Below are positions 48,765 through 59,582 of a DNA stretch of 64,000 nt, in pieces. The stretch comes from Bacteroidales bacterium (GTDB lineage: Bacteria > Bacteroidota > Bacteroidia > Bacteroidales > F082). The stretch covers positions 150-64,149 of the forward strand of contig JAZOSK010000039.1 in the NCBI GenBank assembly GCA_045657145.1, in the 5' to 3' direction. The position numbers and the translations under genes were made by a program. The first letter of the stretch is position 1; every line of letters starts with the position of its first letter. A model generated the notes under the pieces. It had not been told where the DNA came from and made no database searches. It saw only the letters and a program-made list of their open reading frames with translations.

Positions 48765-50039
48765 ATGGATAAATCAGATTGTCGTTACAACTTGTACATC
48801 AACATTTTAAAAGAAGAACTTGTTCCTGCGATGGGATGTACGGAGCCTATTTGTCTTGCCTATGCAGCTGCAAAAGCGAGAGAAGTATTAGGTACTTTAC
48901 CAAACAAAGTTGACATTTTAGCCAGCGGTAATATCATTAAAAACGTCAAAAGTGTCATCGTTCCTAACACCAATGGAATGAAAGGCTTAAAAGCTTCTGT
49001 AGCAATAGGTATCATTGGAGGAAATCCAGAAAAAGAATTAGAAGTTATCGCAAACGTAACAGCCGAGCAAAAGCAAGAGACTCAAAAATTCTTGGACACT
49101 ATTCCAATGAATATCACACACATAGATTCAGAAGAGCAACTTGATGTAACAGTAAGACTTTATAACGACGAGCATTCTGCATCTGTAAGAATATCTGGTT
49201 TCCACACAAATATAGTTCATATTCAAAAAGATAATACAACATTATTCAAAAGCAACACAATCAGCAAACCATCTAAAGAATTAACAGACCGCTCAATTTT
49301 GAGCATGGAAGGCATTTACGATTTTGCGAATAGTGTAGAAATCAACGAAGTAAAAGATATTTTAGAACGTCAATTAAAATACAACAAAGCCATTTCTGAT
49401 GAAGGTTTAAAAAACGATTGGGGAGCTAATATCGGAAGTTTGCTTTTAAGCAACTATGGCAACGACGTAAAAATCAAAGCAAAAGCATGGGCTGCTGCAG
49501 GTTCTGACGCAAGAATGAATGGTTGCGAAATGCCTGTAATTATCAATTCCGGCAGTGGAAACCAAGGTATTACAGTATCAATGCCTGTTTTGGCATATGC
49601 AAAAGAATTTAATATTGAAGAGGAACGCATCTATCGTGCCTTATGCGTTTCAAACCTTACAGCCATTCACCAAAAGACTTTAATTGGCAGATTATCTGCA
49701 TATTGCGGAGCAATAAGCGCAGGTTGTGCTGCAGCATGTGGTGTTGCTTATTTATTAGGTGAAGATTTAGAAACCATCTCTAAAACATTAACAAACTCAT
49801 TAGCAGTAACATCAGGTATAATTTGCGATGGTGCAAAAGCATCATGCGCAGCAAAAATAGCAACAGCTGTTGAAACTGGCCTTATGGGTTATTACATGTG
49901 TAAGAACAAGAAAAACTTCTGCGATGGTGATGGTATCATCGGATTTGGAGTTGAAAAGACAATCAAAAACATTGGAACACTCGCAAGCAAAGGCATGAGA
50001 GAAACAGACCAAGTTATAATTGGCATAATGACAGAATAA
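48765..50039 (+). CDS. UPF0597 / serine dehydratase alpha-like family (L-cysteine desulfidase-like)
   Basis: 424 aa. N-terminal EELVPAMGCTEPICLAYAAA and C-terminal GIICDGAKASCAAK are characteristic of the YhaM/UPF0597 family as I remember it. Confidence 0.7.
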   Translation: MDKSDCRYNLYINILKEELVPAMGCTEPICLAYAAAKAREVLGTLPNKVDILASGNIIKNVKSVIVPNTNGMKGLKASVAIGIIGGNPEKELEVIANVTAEQKQETQKFLDTIPMNITHIDSEEQLDVTVRLYNDEHSASVRISGFHTNIVHIQKDNTTLFKSNTISKPSKELTDRSILSMEGIYDFANSVEINEVKDILERQLKYNKAISDEGLKNDWGANIGSLLLSNYGNDVKIKAKAWAAAGSDARMNGCEMPVIINSGSGNQGITVSMPVLAYAKEFNIEEERIYRALCVSNLTAIHQKTLIGRLSAYCGAISAGCAAACGVAYLLGEDLETISKTLTNSLAVTSGIICDGAKASCAAKIATAVETGLMGYYMCKNKKNFCDGDGIIGFGVEKTIKNIGTLASKGMRETDQVIIGIMTE

Positions 50040-50085
50040 TCAACACAATATCAATTATTTATAAAGGGTGGGCTAAATTATTAAT

Positions 50086-52269
50086 TTAACCTACCCTTTT
50101 TACTTCAGATACACCTTTTAATGATTTTAATCTGCCCAGCAACTGGTCCAAAAGATCAGTGCTATCAACTTGCAAAACAAGTTTTCCAACAAATCTGTCA
50201 TCTTTTGTCTCAAAATTCGCATTAACGATATTGACATTCATCTCTTTTATTGTATTCGATATAGAACCAAGCAAACCTAATTCATTATCACCAATCACAT
50301 GTAATGTAACATCCGATACAATTGAAGAACTCTTACCCCACTTAACATCAATAATGCGATATGGATAATTTTTCCTAAGAGCTTTAATATTATTACAATC
50401 AACACGATGAATAGTCACGCCTCCATTTATCGATATAAAACCGACAACATTTTCTCCAGATATAGGATTACAACATTTGGCTATCTTAAATGCAAGGTCG
50501 TTCAGATTATTACCAATGCAAACTTCACCTGGCTTTAAATCAACGGTTCTCTCTTCTTTAACAAATTCATCATCAAAACGTTCCGACTTAATATCTTTTT
50601 CTTCTGTCAATGACAATATAAACTCTTTAAGACGAGCTATGTCTATTTTTTCTGTAGCTATTTGATGATAAAATTCTATACCTGACGATAAATTATACTC
50701 CTTAAGTATATCACTCAATAATTTATCGGTATAAGTAATCTTCCAATTCTTTAATCGTCTGTAAAACAATGCGCTACCCAATTCAGCTTCCTTCATTTCC
50801 TGATCTTTCAGAAAACGTTTTATTCTGTTCTTAGCCTTATCGGTTGTTACAACAGCAAGCCAATCAGCTTTTGGAGATTGCTTCTTACTTGTTAAAACCT
50901 CCACTCTATCACCACTATGTAACTCATAACGAATCGGTTGTAATTTACCATTAACATTTGCGCCAGAGCAGCAACTTCCGACCTGAGTATGAATATCGAA
51001 TGCAAAATCCAAGACAGTTGCACCGATAGGAAGCTGTTTCAAATCTCCATTTGGAGTAAAAACATATATTTTATCTGATTTACAACTACTTGATAATCTA
51101 TCATCTAGTTTACCATATTGAGGGCTTTCTAGAATTTCCCTCACCTGATTAAGCCACTCATCTGTTGTTTGCTTTTTGTTCCTTCCCTTATATTGCCAAT
51201 GAGCAGCGCTACCTTTTTCCGCAATTTCATCCATTCGCTCCGTACGTATCTGTACTTCTATCCAATTTTTATCAGCTTGTACTGTAGTATGAAGCGACTC
51301 ATAACCAGACACTTTAGGCGTAGTAATCCAATCTCTCAAACGTTTAGGATTAGGCTGATATATATTTGTAACAATAGAATAAACACGCCAGCAATCTGTT
51401 TTTTCTTCACTTGGCTTACTACCTTTTATAATAATTCTTACAGCAAAAATGTCAAAAATCTGTTCAAAAGGAAGATTATTAGTCTTCATTTTTTCATAAA
51501 TAGAAGACACAGATTTAGTGCGCCATTTTATATATGTTTCAATATGCTCTTCTTCCAACGCCTTTCTTATTGGCGCTAGAAAGTTCTCCATAAGTCGCTC
51601 CTGTTCTGTCGAAGAAACACGTATTTTATTCTTAATATCCTCATATTCATCAGGAAATTCATATACCATTACCTTTTCTTCAAACTCTTTCTTAATTTCA
51701 TACAAGCCCAACCTATGCGCAATAGGAATACACAAGTACTTAACTTCCTTAAGATCCGTTTTAAAAGCCTTTGCGTCAACATCTTCCCTATGCCTCATAT
51801 CATAAAGAAGACATATTATCTTTATCAAAAGAACCCTAATATCATCTATTAAAGAAAGATACAATCGTCTAAATTGTTCCGACTGAAATGAAACTTTATT
51901 TGTCTGAATAGCAGATATTTTAGTATAACCATCGACAATCAAGGCTGCCCTTTCTCCAAAATGCTCTTGAATATATTCAATTGTCACATCAGAATCAGAC
52001 ATGATTTCATGTAGGAAAATACCTACGATAGTCTTACTTCTCAAGCCAATCTCATTTACTGCAATATCTGCCATCTCTATGAGTTTAAGCATATATAAGC
52101 CACCCGACAAGGTTTTTCTACCATCATGCTTCTCCAATGCAAGTCTATATGCTTTCTCTATATATCCAATCTGTTCTGAATCCATAACATTCGCGACAGA
52201 ACGAATAAAAATATCAAACGCAACTTCAATTAATGCTCTCTCCTTCTCTGTATATCCCGTCATATTCAT
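50086..52269 (-). CDS. relA: RelA/SpoT homolog, long RSH with a degenerate hydrolase domain (RelA-like (p)ppGpp synthetase)
   Basis: Intact synthetase core (GYESLHTTV...EVQIRTERMDEIAEKGSAAHWQYK) with TGS and ACT C-terminal regions. The N-terminal HD region reads FLHEIMSDS where LLHDxxED is expected, and the upstream HP histidine is missing. Confidence 0.85.
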   Translation of the reverse strand: MNMTGYTEKERALIEVAFDIFIRSVANVMDSEQIGYIEKAYRLALEKHDGRKTLSGGLYMLKLIEMADIAVNEIGLRSKTIVGIFLHEIMSDSDVTIEYIQEHFGERAALIVDGYTKISAIQTNKVSFQSEQFRRLYLSLIDDIRVLLIKIICLLYDMRHREDVDAKAFKTDLKEVKYLCIPIAHRLGLYEIKKEFEEKVMVYEFPDEYEDIKNKIRVSSTEQERLMENFLAPIRKALEEEHIETYIKWRTKSVSSIYEKMKTNNLPFEQIFDIFAVRIIIKGSKPSEEKTDCWRVYSIVTNIYQPNPKRLRDWITTPKVSGYESLHTTVQADKNWIEVQIRTERMDEIAEKGSAAHWQYKGRNKKQTTDEWLNQVREILESPQYGKLDDRLSSSCKSDKIYVFTPNGDLKQLPIGATVLDFAFDIHTQVGSCCSGANVNGKLQPIRYELHSGDRVEVLTSKKQSPKADWLAVVTTDKAKNRIKRFLKDQEMKEAELGSALFYRRLKNWKITYTDKLLSDILKEYNLSSGIEFYHQIATEKIDIARLKEFILSLTEEKDIKSERFDDEFVKEERTVDLKPGEVCIGNNLNDLAFKIAKCCNPISGENVVGFISINGGVTIHRVDCNNIKALRKNYPYRIIDVKWGKSSSIVSDVTLHVIGDNELGLLGSISNTIKEMNVNIVNANFETKDDRFVGKLVLQVDSTDLLDQLLGRLKSLKGVSEVKRVG

Positions 52270-52538
52270 TGTATCTTAGCGTATAAATGATGATTAAGCA
52301 AACTTATATAATAAGGCTTCAATTCCTCATAAGTGCCAGATTTCACAGAACATTTACCCTTATAATGAGTAATCATAGCACAAGTCTCCGCCTGCTCCAA
52401 CGAATGATGACAAACTTTCATAAGCACTTCTATCACATAATCGAACGTATTTACATCATCATTCAAAAGCAACAGAGTCTTCTCTTCATCCAACAACTCT
52501 AGTGTATCTTCATTATATGAATATTTTTCCTGATTCAT
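52266..52538 (-). CDS. clpS: ATP-dependent Clp protease adaptor ClpS
   Basis: 90 aa with LLLNDDVNTFDYVIEVLMKVCHHSLEQAETCAMITHYKGKCSV, the conserved ClpS core. Its stop overlaps the relA start by 4 nt. Confidence 0.8.
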   Translation of the reverse strand: MNQEKYSYNEDTLELLDEEKTLLLLNDDVNTFDYVIEVLMKVCHHSLEQAETCAMITHYKGKCSVKSGTYEELKPYYISLLNHHLYAKIQ

Positions 52539-52721
52539 TCTCTAAAAATTTCTATTGCAAATCTACAATTAATATTTATCAAAAACTAATGTTAAATCGC
52601 GTTTTTATACTTTTTATTGTTCTAAACAATCAAAAAACAAATTATTCTCAAAAAAAGACCGACGCTACAAAAAAAAACGTATTTTTACATTCTAATTCAT
52701 AAAATAACTTTAGTCAAAATA

Positions 52722-54221
52722 ATGAACAGCCGTTTTTTAAAGAATATCATTTTCTTATTATTTATCAATCTATTAGTAAAGCCTTTTTGGATTCTAGGCG
52801 TTGATAGAACGGTACAAAATCTAGTTGGCGATGAGTTATATGGAACCTATTTGGCGATATTCAATTTTTCATACCTATTTTATATTGTACTAGACATCGG
52901 ACTAACAAATTTCAACAGCAAAAACATCGCCCAGAACAACCATCTGCTATCAAAATATTTCGTAGGTATCAGCCAAGCAAAGATTTTTTTAAGCATTGCT
53001 TATTTCGTAATAATATTTCTAATAGGATTAGCAATTGGATATAACAAAGAGCAACTAAAGCTACTTGGCATTGTTGGACTTAATCAGGTCTTGTTATCAT
53101 TCATTCTATACGTACGTTCAAATATAGCCGCGCTATTGCTCTTCAAAACCGACAGCGTCCTCTCCGTATTAGACAGAGTGTTGATGATATTGATTTGCAG
53201 CTTCTTACTATGGTCGGGATTATTTCCACAAAGTAACTTCAATATTTATTGGTTCGTTTATTCCCAAACAATATCATATATAGTCACCTTAATGACAGCG
53301 ACATTTATTGTCCTAAAACACACAGGCAAACTTGTCATAAAATTCAATATGCCTTTCATATTGATGATTATTAAGAAAAGCCTGCCATACGCATTATTGG
53401 TATTGTTAATGAGTTTTTACAATCGCCTTGAACCTGTTTTGATTGAGCGTATTTTACCAAAAGACATTTCCGCATCACAAGCAGGCATCTACGCCAGAGC
53501 TTATAGACTCTTCGATGCTGGAAACAACATTTCATACTTATTTTCAGTCATACTCCTTCCATTATTCGCTGCCGTGATTAAAAAAGGAGAAGATTTACAA
53601 TCGCTAGTAAAACAATCATTTAGTCTTATGCTAGCAATGACTTGCCTAATTGCTATTGCTTGTATTTTTTATAGTCACGATATAATGGAACTTTTGTATC
53701 CAAGACCAGAAAATGAAATGATTGACGTTTACAATTACAGAATACAAGAATCCGCAAGAATACTTCAAATTCTTATGGGCAGTTTTGTATCTATATCAGT
53801 AACATATATTTTTGGCACATTATTAACAGCTAACGGAAGCTTAAAACAACTAAATATAGTAGCTGCAATAGGAGTTATCATAAATCTCTCACTAAACTTC
53901 ATTTTCATACCTATTTTCAAAGCTCAAGGCGCTGCTTTCACAAGTCTTTGTGTACAATTTGCCACATGCTTTATACAATTTATCATCGCAAAAAAAACAT
54001 TCAATTTAAAATTAGGCATAAAATTCTGGATTAGCATTTTATCGTTTATTGCTTTAACTAGCACAACCACAATTATACTAAAAGCCACTTCATTATATTG
54101 GCTCTATTCCTTACTAATTTCACTATTCCTTGGAATAATTATCGCACTAATTACTAATACATTAGACTATAAAGAAATTAAAAATTTAATTTCATCTTCA
54201 ATAATTCATATTAAAAGATAA
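52722..54221 (+). CDS. wzx: Oligosaccharide flippase (Wzx/MOP superfamily)
   Basis: 499 aa with ~12-14 predicted TM helices and polysaccharide-biosynthesis-protein-like organisation. Confidence 0.7.
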   Translation: MNSRFLKNIIFLLFINLLVKPFWILGVDRTVQNLVGDELYGTYLAIFNFSYLFYIVLDIGLTNFNSKNIAQNNHLLSKYFVGISQAKIFLSIAYFVIIFLIGLAIGYNKEQLKLLGIVGLNQVLLSFILYVRSNIAALLLFKTDSVLSVLDRVLMILICSFLLWSGLFPQSNFNIYWFVYSQTISYIVTLMTATFIVLKHTGKLVIKFNMPFILMIIKKSLPYALLVLLMSFYNRLEPVLIERILPKDISASQAGIYARAYRLFDAGNNISYLFSVILLPLFAAVIKKGEDLQSLVKQSFSLMLAMTCLIAIACIFYSHDIMELLYPRPENEMIDVYNYRIQESARILQILMGSFVSISVTYIFGTLLTANGSLKQLNIVAAIGVIINLSLNFIFIPIFKAQGAAFTSLCVQFATCFIQFIIAKKTFNLKLGIKFWISILSFIALTSTTTIILKATSLYWLYSLLISLFLGIIIALITNTLDYKEIKNLISSSIIHIKR

Positions 54222-54261
54222 TAAAACACAAAAAAATAAGTTTTTACTTAGATTTATTTCT

Positions 54262-54269
54262 TACCTTTG
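54262..54269 (+). promoter_or_regulatory. TAnnTTTG promoter box for the Wzz-like gene
   Basis: TACCTTTG lies ~67 nt upstream of the ATG at 54337. Confidence 0.4.
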
Positions 54270-54336
54270 AAAAATAAATTTGTAATATCGTATTTTAATA
54301 TAACCCTTTAAATATCAGAATAAAAACTATTAAAAA

Positions 54337-55242
54337 ATGGATAAATATTTCGACAACACACCTATTTTAAAAGCTGTTTTTAAGTACAAATGGCATATCA
54401 TGGTCATAACAATTGTAGCAGCCGCACTAGGAGCTATTTTCTCTGGTTCTAATTTCATAACACCAAAATACAAATCCGAAGCAGTTGTCTACCCTAGTGG
54501 CAGAGCAGAATTTTCTGATGAAACATTTACAGAACAAATGCTGCAGATTATGGAATCTAATGAAATCATGGATTCTGTCGCCGAAGTCTTCAATTTAATG
54601 GAACATTATAAAATTGACAAGAATTATCCACATGCTAAAACTGTTCTTGTATATGAATATCGCGACAGAGTATCTATCTCAAAAACACCTTATGATGCCG
54701 TTAAAATCAAAGTCTTGGACGAAGATCCAAAGATGGCATGCGCAATGGTAAATGAAATCATTAGACTCTATAACGTGAAATTCAACGAAATCCATAAACA
54801 CAAAAAGTGGGAAAATGTAAGAATGTACGAAAAAAATCTCGCTAGAAAATATGGTTTCATCGACTCATTAAAAAGAGAACTTGCTGAAATTACAGGCGAT
54901 GACAATATGATAAATTACCTCTACCTTTCCAAAGGCAACTCTATTGCTTATTTCAGCGAAGGTAAAAACAACAATTCCGGGGATATCGTAAACGCCATCG
55001 CACTAGTAGAGTTAATCGCCAGTGAAACAGAAGCTTACAGCGAAGTAAAATTAGAATACGAAAAAGAAATTCGTCAAGCTGAAGGTGAGTTAACATTCCT
55101 ACACTTAGTTTCTAGACCTTACATAGCTGATCAAAAATCATATCCAGTCAGATGGATCATCGTAGCATTGTGCGGAATAAGCGCATTGTTAATGTCTATA
55201 TTAGTCGTTGTTGCAATAGAAAAATTTAACGTAAAAGCTTAA
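54337..55242 (+). CDS. Wzz-like polysaccharide chain-length determinant protein
   Basis: N-terminal TM helix followed by PKYKSEAVVYP, a coiled-coil middle and a C-terminal TM helix. This is a PCP-like topology. Confidence 0.6.
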   Translation: MDKYFDNTPILKAVFKYKWHIMVITIVAAALGAIFSGSNFITPKYKSEAVVYPSGRAEFSDETFTEQMLQIMESNEIMDSVAEVFNLMEHYKIDKNYPHAKTVLVYEYRDRVSISKTPYDAVKIKVLDEDPKMACAMVNEIIRLYNVKFNEIHKHKKWENVRMYEKNLARKYGFIDSLKRELAEITGDDNMINYLYLSKGNSIAYFSEGKNNNSGDIVNAIALVELIASETEAYSEVKLEYEKEIRQAEGELTFLHLVSRPYIADQKSYPVRWIIVALCGISALLMSILVVVAIEKFNVKA

Positions 55243-55253
55243 ATTCCATTATT

Positions 55254-56726
55254 TTGCAAAAAGGTATTAAAATAGCAAGTCTATATTGCATAGTAACATT
55301 ATTTGTTACTGCAAGTCTCTATTTAATTGTAGAAAAAAGCACTTATGTAATGTTTGCACTACCTATGTTATTAGGTATACTTATGTTGTATTTTTTCTCA
55401 TACGATAAAGTCCTTTTCTTGATTGCATTTTTAACGCCTTTATCCATCAATTTAGAAGGATTAAACCTCGGGATAAACTTATCCTTATCCGTACCAGTCG
55501 AACCTCTATTATTCGGCGTAGTATTCTTCTTTATCGCCAAATTACTATACGAAAAGAAATTCGACAATAAAATAGCACACCACCCAATATCCATTGTTAT
55601 TTACATAATGTTCGTGTGGATTGTAATCACGACTATAACCAGCGAGCTCCCTTTAGTATCCGTAAAATATTTATTATCAAGAATTTGGTTTATAATACCA
55701 GCTTATTTTGTGTGTGCAAAATTGTTTAAAAACCCAAAGAATATAAATAAATTTATTTGGTTCTATATTGCTGGACTGCTTATAGTTGTAATCTACACTA
55801 CAATAAACCATGCAATGAACGGATTCTCGGGAAAATCATCACACTGGGTTATGACGCCGTTCTATAATGACCATACAGCATACGGAGCTGCTTTGGCCAT
55901 ATATCTAGTACTTAACGCAGCATTCTTATTTATTCCAAAGTTAAAACCATTACAAAGAATCATTATAGCCATAACATTCGTATTACTTTGCGTTGCCATG
56001 ATCTTATCTGCTTGTAGAGCAGCTTGGCTAAGCATTATTGCTGTTATTGGAGTACTTATATGTGTATTGTTAAAAATAAAATTCAAATATATCCTAACGA
56101 GTATAGTTATTGTTTTAACATTGTTCTTCTCTTTCAAACATCAAATTATTGATATGATGGAGCGTAACGAACAAGATTCTTCTGGTAATATAGCTGAACA
56201 TATTCAATCAATAACAAATATTTCCACCGATGCTTCTAATTTGGAACGTATAAATCGCTGGAGTGCTGCATTGAGATTATTTGAAGAAAGACCTTTCTTC
56301 GGATGGGGACCTGGAACATATCAATTTGTATACGCTCCATATCAATTATCAATGAATAAAACAGTCATTACAACCAATTACGGAGATGGAGGAAATGCTC
56401 ATAGCGAGTATATCGGAGCCTTAGCCGATATGGGCGTCTTTGGCTCTGTAATTGTACTATTACTCGTGATAGTATCTGTTTATAAAGGTCTTACTGTATT
56501 TAAAAAAGCTAAAAATAAAGAGTCCAAGATATTGATTCTTGGCACAACATTAGCGATAATCAGTTATTTCACTCATGGTGTCATGAATAATTTCTTGGAC
56601 ACAGACAAATTGGCTATTCCTATATGGAGTTGTTTTGCGATTATAACAGTTATCGACATCTACCACTCCAATAAAACCAACTTTTATGATCCTATCGTTG
56701 AAGATCAACAAGAGCCAAATCAATAA
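55254..56726 (+). CDS. O-antigen ligase/polymerase family membrane protein (Wzy_C domain)
   Basis: Multi-pass membrane protein with a periplasmic loop carrying GGNAHSEYIGALADMGVFG. The start is uncertain: a TTG at 55254 in the track, with the first in-frame ATG ~31 codons downstream (near 55347). Confidence 0.7.
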   Translation: MQKGIKIASLYCIVTLFVTASLYLIVEKSTYVMFALPMLLGILMLYFFSYDKVLFLIAFLTPLSINLEGLNLGINLSLSVPVEPLLFGVVFFFIAKLLYEKKFDNKIAHHPISIVIYIMFVWIVITTITSELPLVSVKYLLSRIWFIIPAYFVCAKLFKNPKNINKFIWFYIAGLLIVVIYTTINHAMNGFSGKSSHWVMTPFYNDHTAYGAALAIYLVLNAAFLFIPKLKPLQRIIIAITFVLLCVAMILSACRAAWLSIIAVIGVLICVLLKIKFKYILTSIVIVLTLFFSFKHQIIDMMERNEQDSSGNIAEHIQSITNISTDASNLERINRWSAALRLFEERPFFGWGPGTYQFVYAPYQLSMNKTVITTNYGDGGNAHSEYIGALADMGVFGSVIVLLLVIVSVYKGLTVFKKAKNKESKILILGTTLAIISYFTHGVMNNFLDTDKLAIPIWSCFAIITVIDIYHSNKTNFYDPIVEDQQEPNQ

Positions 56727-57987
56727 CAACGGCTGAATTAGCAGGAAGATTCTCATCAATATCTATATCTCCAAAACCTAAATTTGAAGGTACTATAATC
56801 TTACACTTACCTCCTACCCTCATATACCCAACAGCTTCCTCAATACCTGCAAGCATTTGGTTGTCTCCATAAACAAATGGCAATGGTTGTTCAAAATCAT
56901 AACTGCTCTCTATCATTTTGCCATCTAAGTTATATATAGTATAATGAACCAAAACCAAATCTCCACTTTGCACATAACTACCATCTCCTACTTCCTTTTC
57001 AACAAAATACAAGCCAGATGGCTTAGGCAACACATCGATATTATTATCCTTCAAATATTTAGCAATCTTATATGGTTCCTCTTCTAATCTCTGTTTCTTC
57101 AATCTTTCCTCTTCTTCCATCAATTCTCTTTGCTCATTCTCATATTCATCAGATGTCATTACATCAACAACCTTCAAATCCAATTTAAACGGAGTATATG
57201 GAAGGATTGCTTCATAAAGGCCATTTTCTCCAAAAGCTAAAGAAGATGGTATAATAAACTCGGCATCTCCACCTTCAGCAACAATACCTAATGCCTCATA
57301 AAATCCTTGACCTAAAGCCATGTCGCCAAATACTAACTCATAAGGCTTTCCTTCTGTAAAACTTAGCAATGTGTCTCCTTCTAATGTTTGAAAAGTAAAA
57401 TAAACTTTCATTATATTACCATTCTTTGCAAACTCACCATCACCTTTATTAACATACACTATTATCAAACTATCTTTCGTAATTTCATGATTATCATAAT
57501 ATGACGATAAAAGAGCAATCTCATCATTTTTCATTGAAATCAATTCTTTACGATACTCCTCCTCTAAGACATCTTTCCTTATTATGTTTTTCAATACTAT
57601 ATCTGTTTCTGTAATAGTCCCTTGTTCGATATATTCTGGAATAGGCTGACCAATACTCAAAAACATTGAATCTAGAGAAAAAATCAGAGAAGCATGGTCG
57701 CCAACATGCATGCTTAACAATGCACTCATAATATCACCTACAAAAGATGGTTCTTCTACTAAAATTTCAAATGGTTCTTCTAGAAAATCAGAGTTAAACA
57801 CCACAGAATCACTAATTTTTTGTATAACATCAACTATAACAAGATCTCCCAATTCTGGCATTTCTTTATCTTTATTGATGGTATAGAATTTCATTAATGC
57901 TCCATTTTCTGTAGCCTTATATTCCCTTTTGCAAGAAAAACAAAGAGTTGAGAGCAACAAAATACAAATAAATAAATTACTTCTCAT
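56692..57987 (-). CDS. FKBP-type peptidyl-prolyl isomerase lipoprotein, multi-domain
   Basis: Lipobox LCFSCK, at least two FKBP-like modules (the last has LVHYTIYNLDGKMIESSY...PSNLGFG) and a charged coiled-coil linker. Confidence 0.75.
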   Translation of the reverse strand: MRSNLFICILLLSTLCFSCKREYKATENGALMKFYTINKDKEMPELGDLVIVDVIQKISDSVVFNSDFLEEPFEILVEEPSFVGDIMSALLSMHVGDHASLIFSLDSMFLSIGQPIPEYIEQGTITETDIVLKNIIRKDVLEEEYRKELISMKNDEIALLSSYYDNHEITKDSLIIVYVNKGDGEFAKNGNIMKVYFTFQTLEGDTLLSFTEGKPYELVFGDMALGQGFYEALGIVAEGGDAEFIIPSSLAFGENGLYEAILPYTPFKLDLKVVDVMTSDEYENEQRELMEEEERLKKQRLEEEPYKIAKYLKDNNIDVLPKPSGLYFVEKEVGDGSYVQSGDLVLVHYTIYNLDGKMIESSYDFEQPLPFVYGDNQMLAGIEEAVGYMRVGGKCKIIVPSNLGFGDIDIDENLPANSAVVIDLALVDLQR

Positions 57988-58039
57988 TGTATAAAAATTT
58001 AGTTTTACTTATTAACAATCAAAATTATAATTTGTTTTA

Positions 58040-58083
58040 TAATAAAAAACTAAAGATAGATAAAGTTAAACTTATATCTATCT
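58040..58083 (-). terminator. Terminator-like hairpin after the 286-aa FKBP gene
   Basis: The minus strand reads AGATAGATA-(12-nt loop)-TATCTATCT followed by TTAGTTTTTTATT. Confidence 0.45.
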
Positions 58084-58127
58084 CTAGTTGACTAAAATAT
58101 AAACTGATAAGACAATATTTATAATTA

Positions 58128-58988
58128 TTAGAAATCAATCAGTTCTACCTCAAAAATCAATGTTGCAAAAGGTGGTATTGGACCAGAGCCAGTATTACCA
58201 TAAGCTAAATAATAAGGAATATAGAAAACTCCTTTTTCACCTTTAGACATCATTTGAAGACCTTCATCCCAACCAGGAATAACCTGACCTATTCCTAAGA
58301 CAAATTGGAATGGTTCATTTCTAGTAACAGAAGAGTCAAAAATAGTTCCATCCAACAATTTACCAGTATAATGAACTTTAACCAATGTTCCTACTTGAGG
58401 TTTTTCACCATTACCATCTTTTGTTTTAACATAATTCAAACCTGTTGATGTCGTAATAGGATTTATGCCATTATCTTTTAAATATTCATTCAACTCTTTT
58501 TCTGCAGCCAAATTTTCTTCTACAAACGTATTTTTCATATACTCTATTTGTTTTGATGTCAACTCTGATTCAGGATAAAAGTCATTAAGTCGAATATTAA
58601 ATCTCATTACATCATTCAAAGAAAACTCCGATGGCATTGGAGAACGGAATAATGTATAAAATGTTGAGTCTATGCGCACTACAAATGAGGCAGAATCTCC
58701 TCTATGCATCATTTTAATACCTTCAAATATATCTCCAGCAAACATTGACTCCATCATTTGAAGAATCATTCTATTTTCTGGAATTATAGTAGTTGTATCA
58801 TTCACCTTACATGATAATACAACATCTAGAAGTTCCATCAATTCAGGTGTATCACCTTGATTTTCCTCATAAAACTTATAGTACAAACCAGTTTGAGACT
58901 TTTCATAACCTGGAATTGGGTTTTGTTCATTCTTACATGATGTAAAACATACACATAGAACTAATGCTAATAAAAATAATCTTTTCAT
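58128..58988 (-). CDS. FKBP-type peptidyl-prolyl isomerase lipoprotein
   Basis: Lipobox CFTSCK and a C-terminal canonical FKBP domain ([18 protein letters not shown]...[16 protein letters not shown]...IPYYLAYG). Confidence 0.9.
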   Translation of the reverse strand: MKRLFLLALVLCVCFTSCKNEQNPIPGYEKSQTGLYYKFYEENQGDTPELMELLDVVLSCKVNDTTTIIPENRMILQMMESMFAGDIFEGIKMMHRGDSASFVVRIDSTFYTLFRSPMPSEFSLNDVMRFNIRLNDFYPESELTSKQIEYMKNTFVEENLAAEKELNEYLKDNGINPITTSTGLNYVKTKDGNGEKPQVGTLVKVHYTGKLLDGTIFDSSVTRNEPFQFVLGIGQVIPGWDEGLQMMSKGEKGVFYIPYYLAYGNTGSGPIPPFATLIFEVELIDF

Positions 58989-59036
58989 AACTGTTATTTT
59001 TTAAATATTACTAAATATCAATAATTATATTATTTA

Positions 59037-59582
59037 TCAATGTTTATCTACGACTTTCAATCTATAAATCAAAGTTGACCTAGCTGGAATTTTATTACCG
59101 TCACCTAGCAATCCATACGATAAATGTGCTGGTAGAATCAAAATAGCAACCGAATTTTTTCTCAACTTCAATATTGCTTCCTCTAAACCACTTTCCACTC
59201 CACCTCTTCCAACTAAAAATGTTTTAATTCCATCTGTTTTAGAAGAATATATTAAATCTCCACTTAACAAACGTAATTCATATTCCAAACTAACAATGTC
59301 ACCTTTCTTTATCAGTTCTCCATCTCCTTGATTGACAATCTGATACCTTAATCCTGTTCCTGTCTGTAAAACATTTAAATTATGACGTTCTATATAATCA
59401 TCTATCATCTCAGCTTCTTGTATAAGCATGTATCGATTAGCCTTTTCCAAAGATTCTGCTATTTCTTTTTTATCAACACTCTGATTACCTGAATCTTGTC
59501 TTTCTCTTTCTGTTTTATTATTACAAGACAATCCTAACAACAGAAACATTGATAAAATTATATTTAAAATAGTTTTATTCAT
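59037..59582 (-). CDS. FKBP-type peptidyl-prolyl isomerase lipoprotein
   Basis: Lipobox LGLSCN and an FKBP domain (VSLEYELRLLSGDLIYSS...LPAHLSYG). Confidence 0.8.
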   Translation of the reverse strand: MNKTILNIILSMFLLLGLSCNNKTERERQDSGNQSVDKKEIAESLEKANRYMLIQEAEMIDDYIERHNLNVLQTGTGLRYQIVNQGDGELIKKGDIVSLEYELRLLSGDLIYSSKTDGIKTFLVGRGGVESGLEEAILKLRKNSVAILILPAHLSYGLLGDGNKIPARSTLIYRLKVVDKH

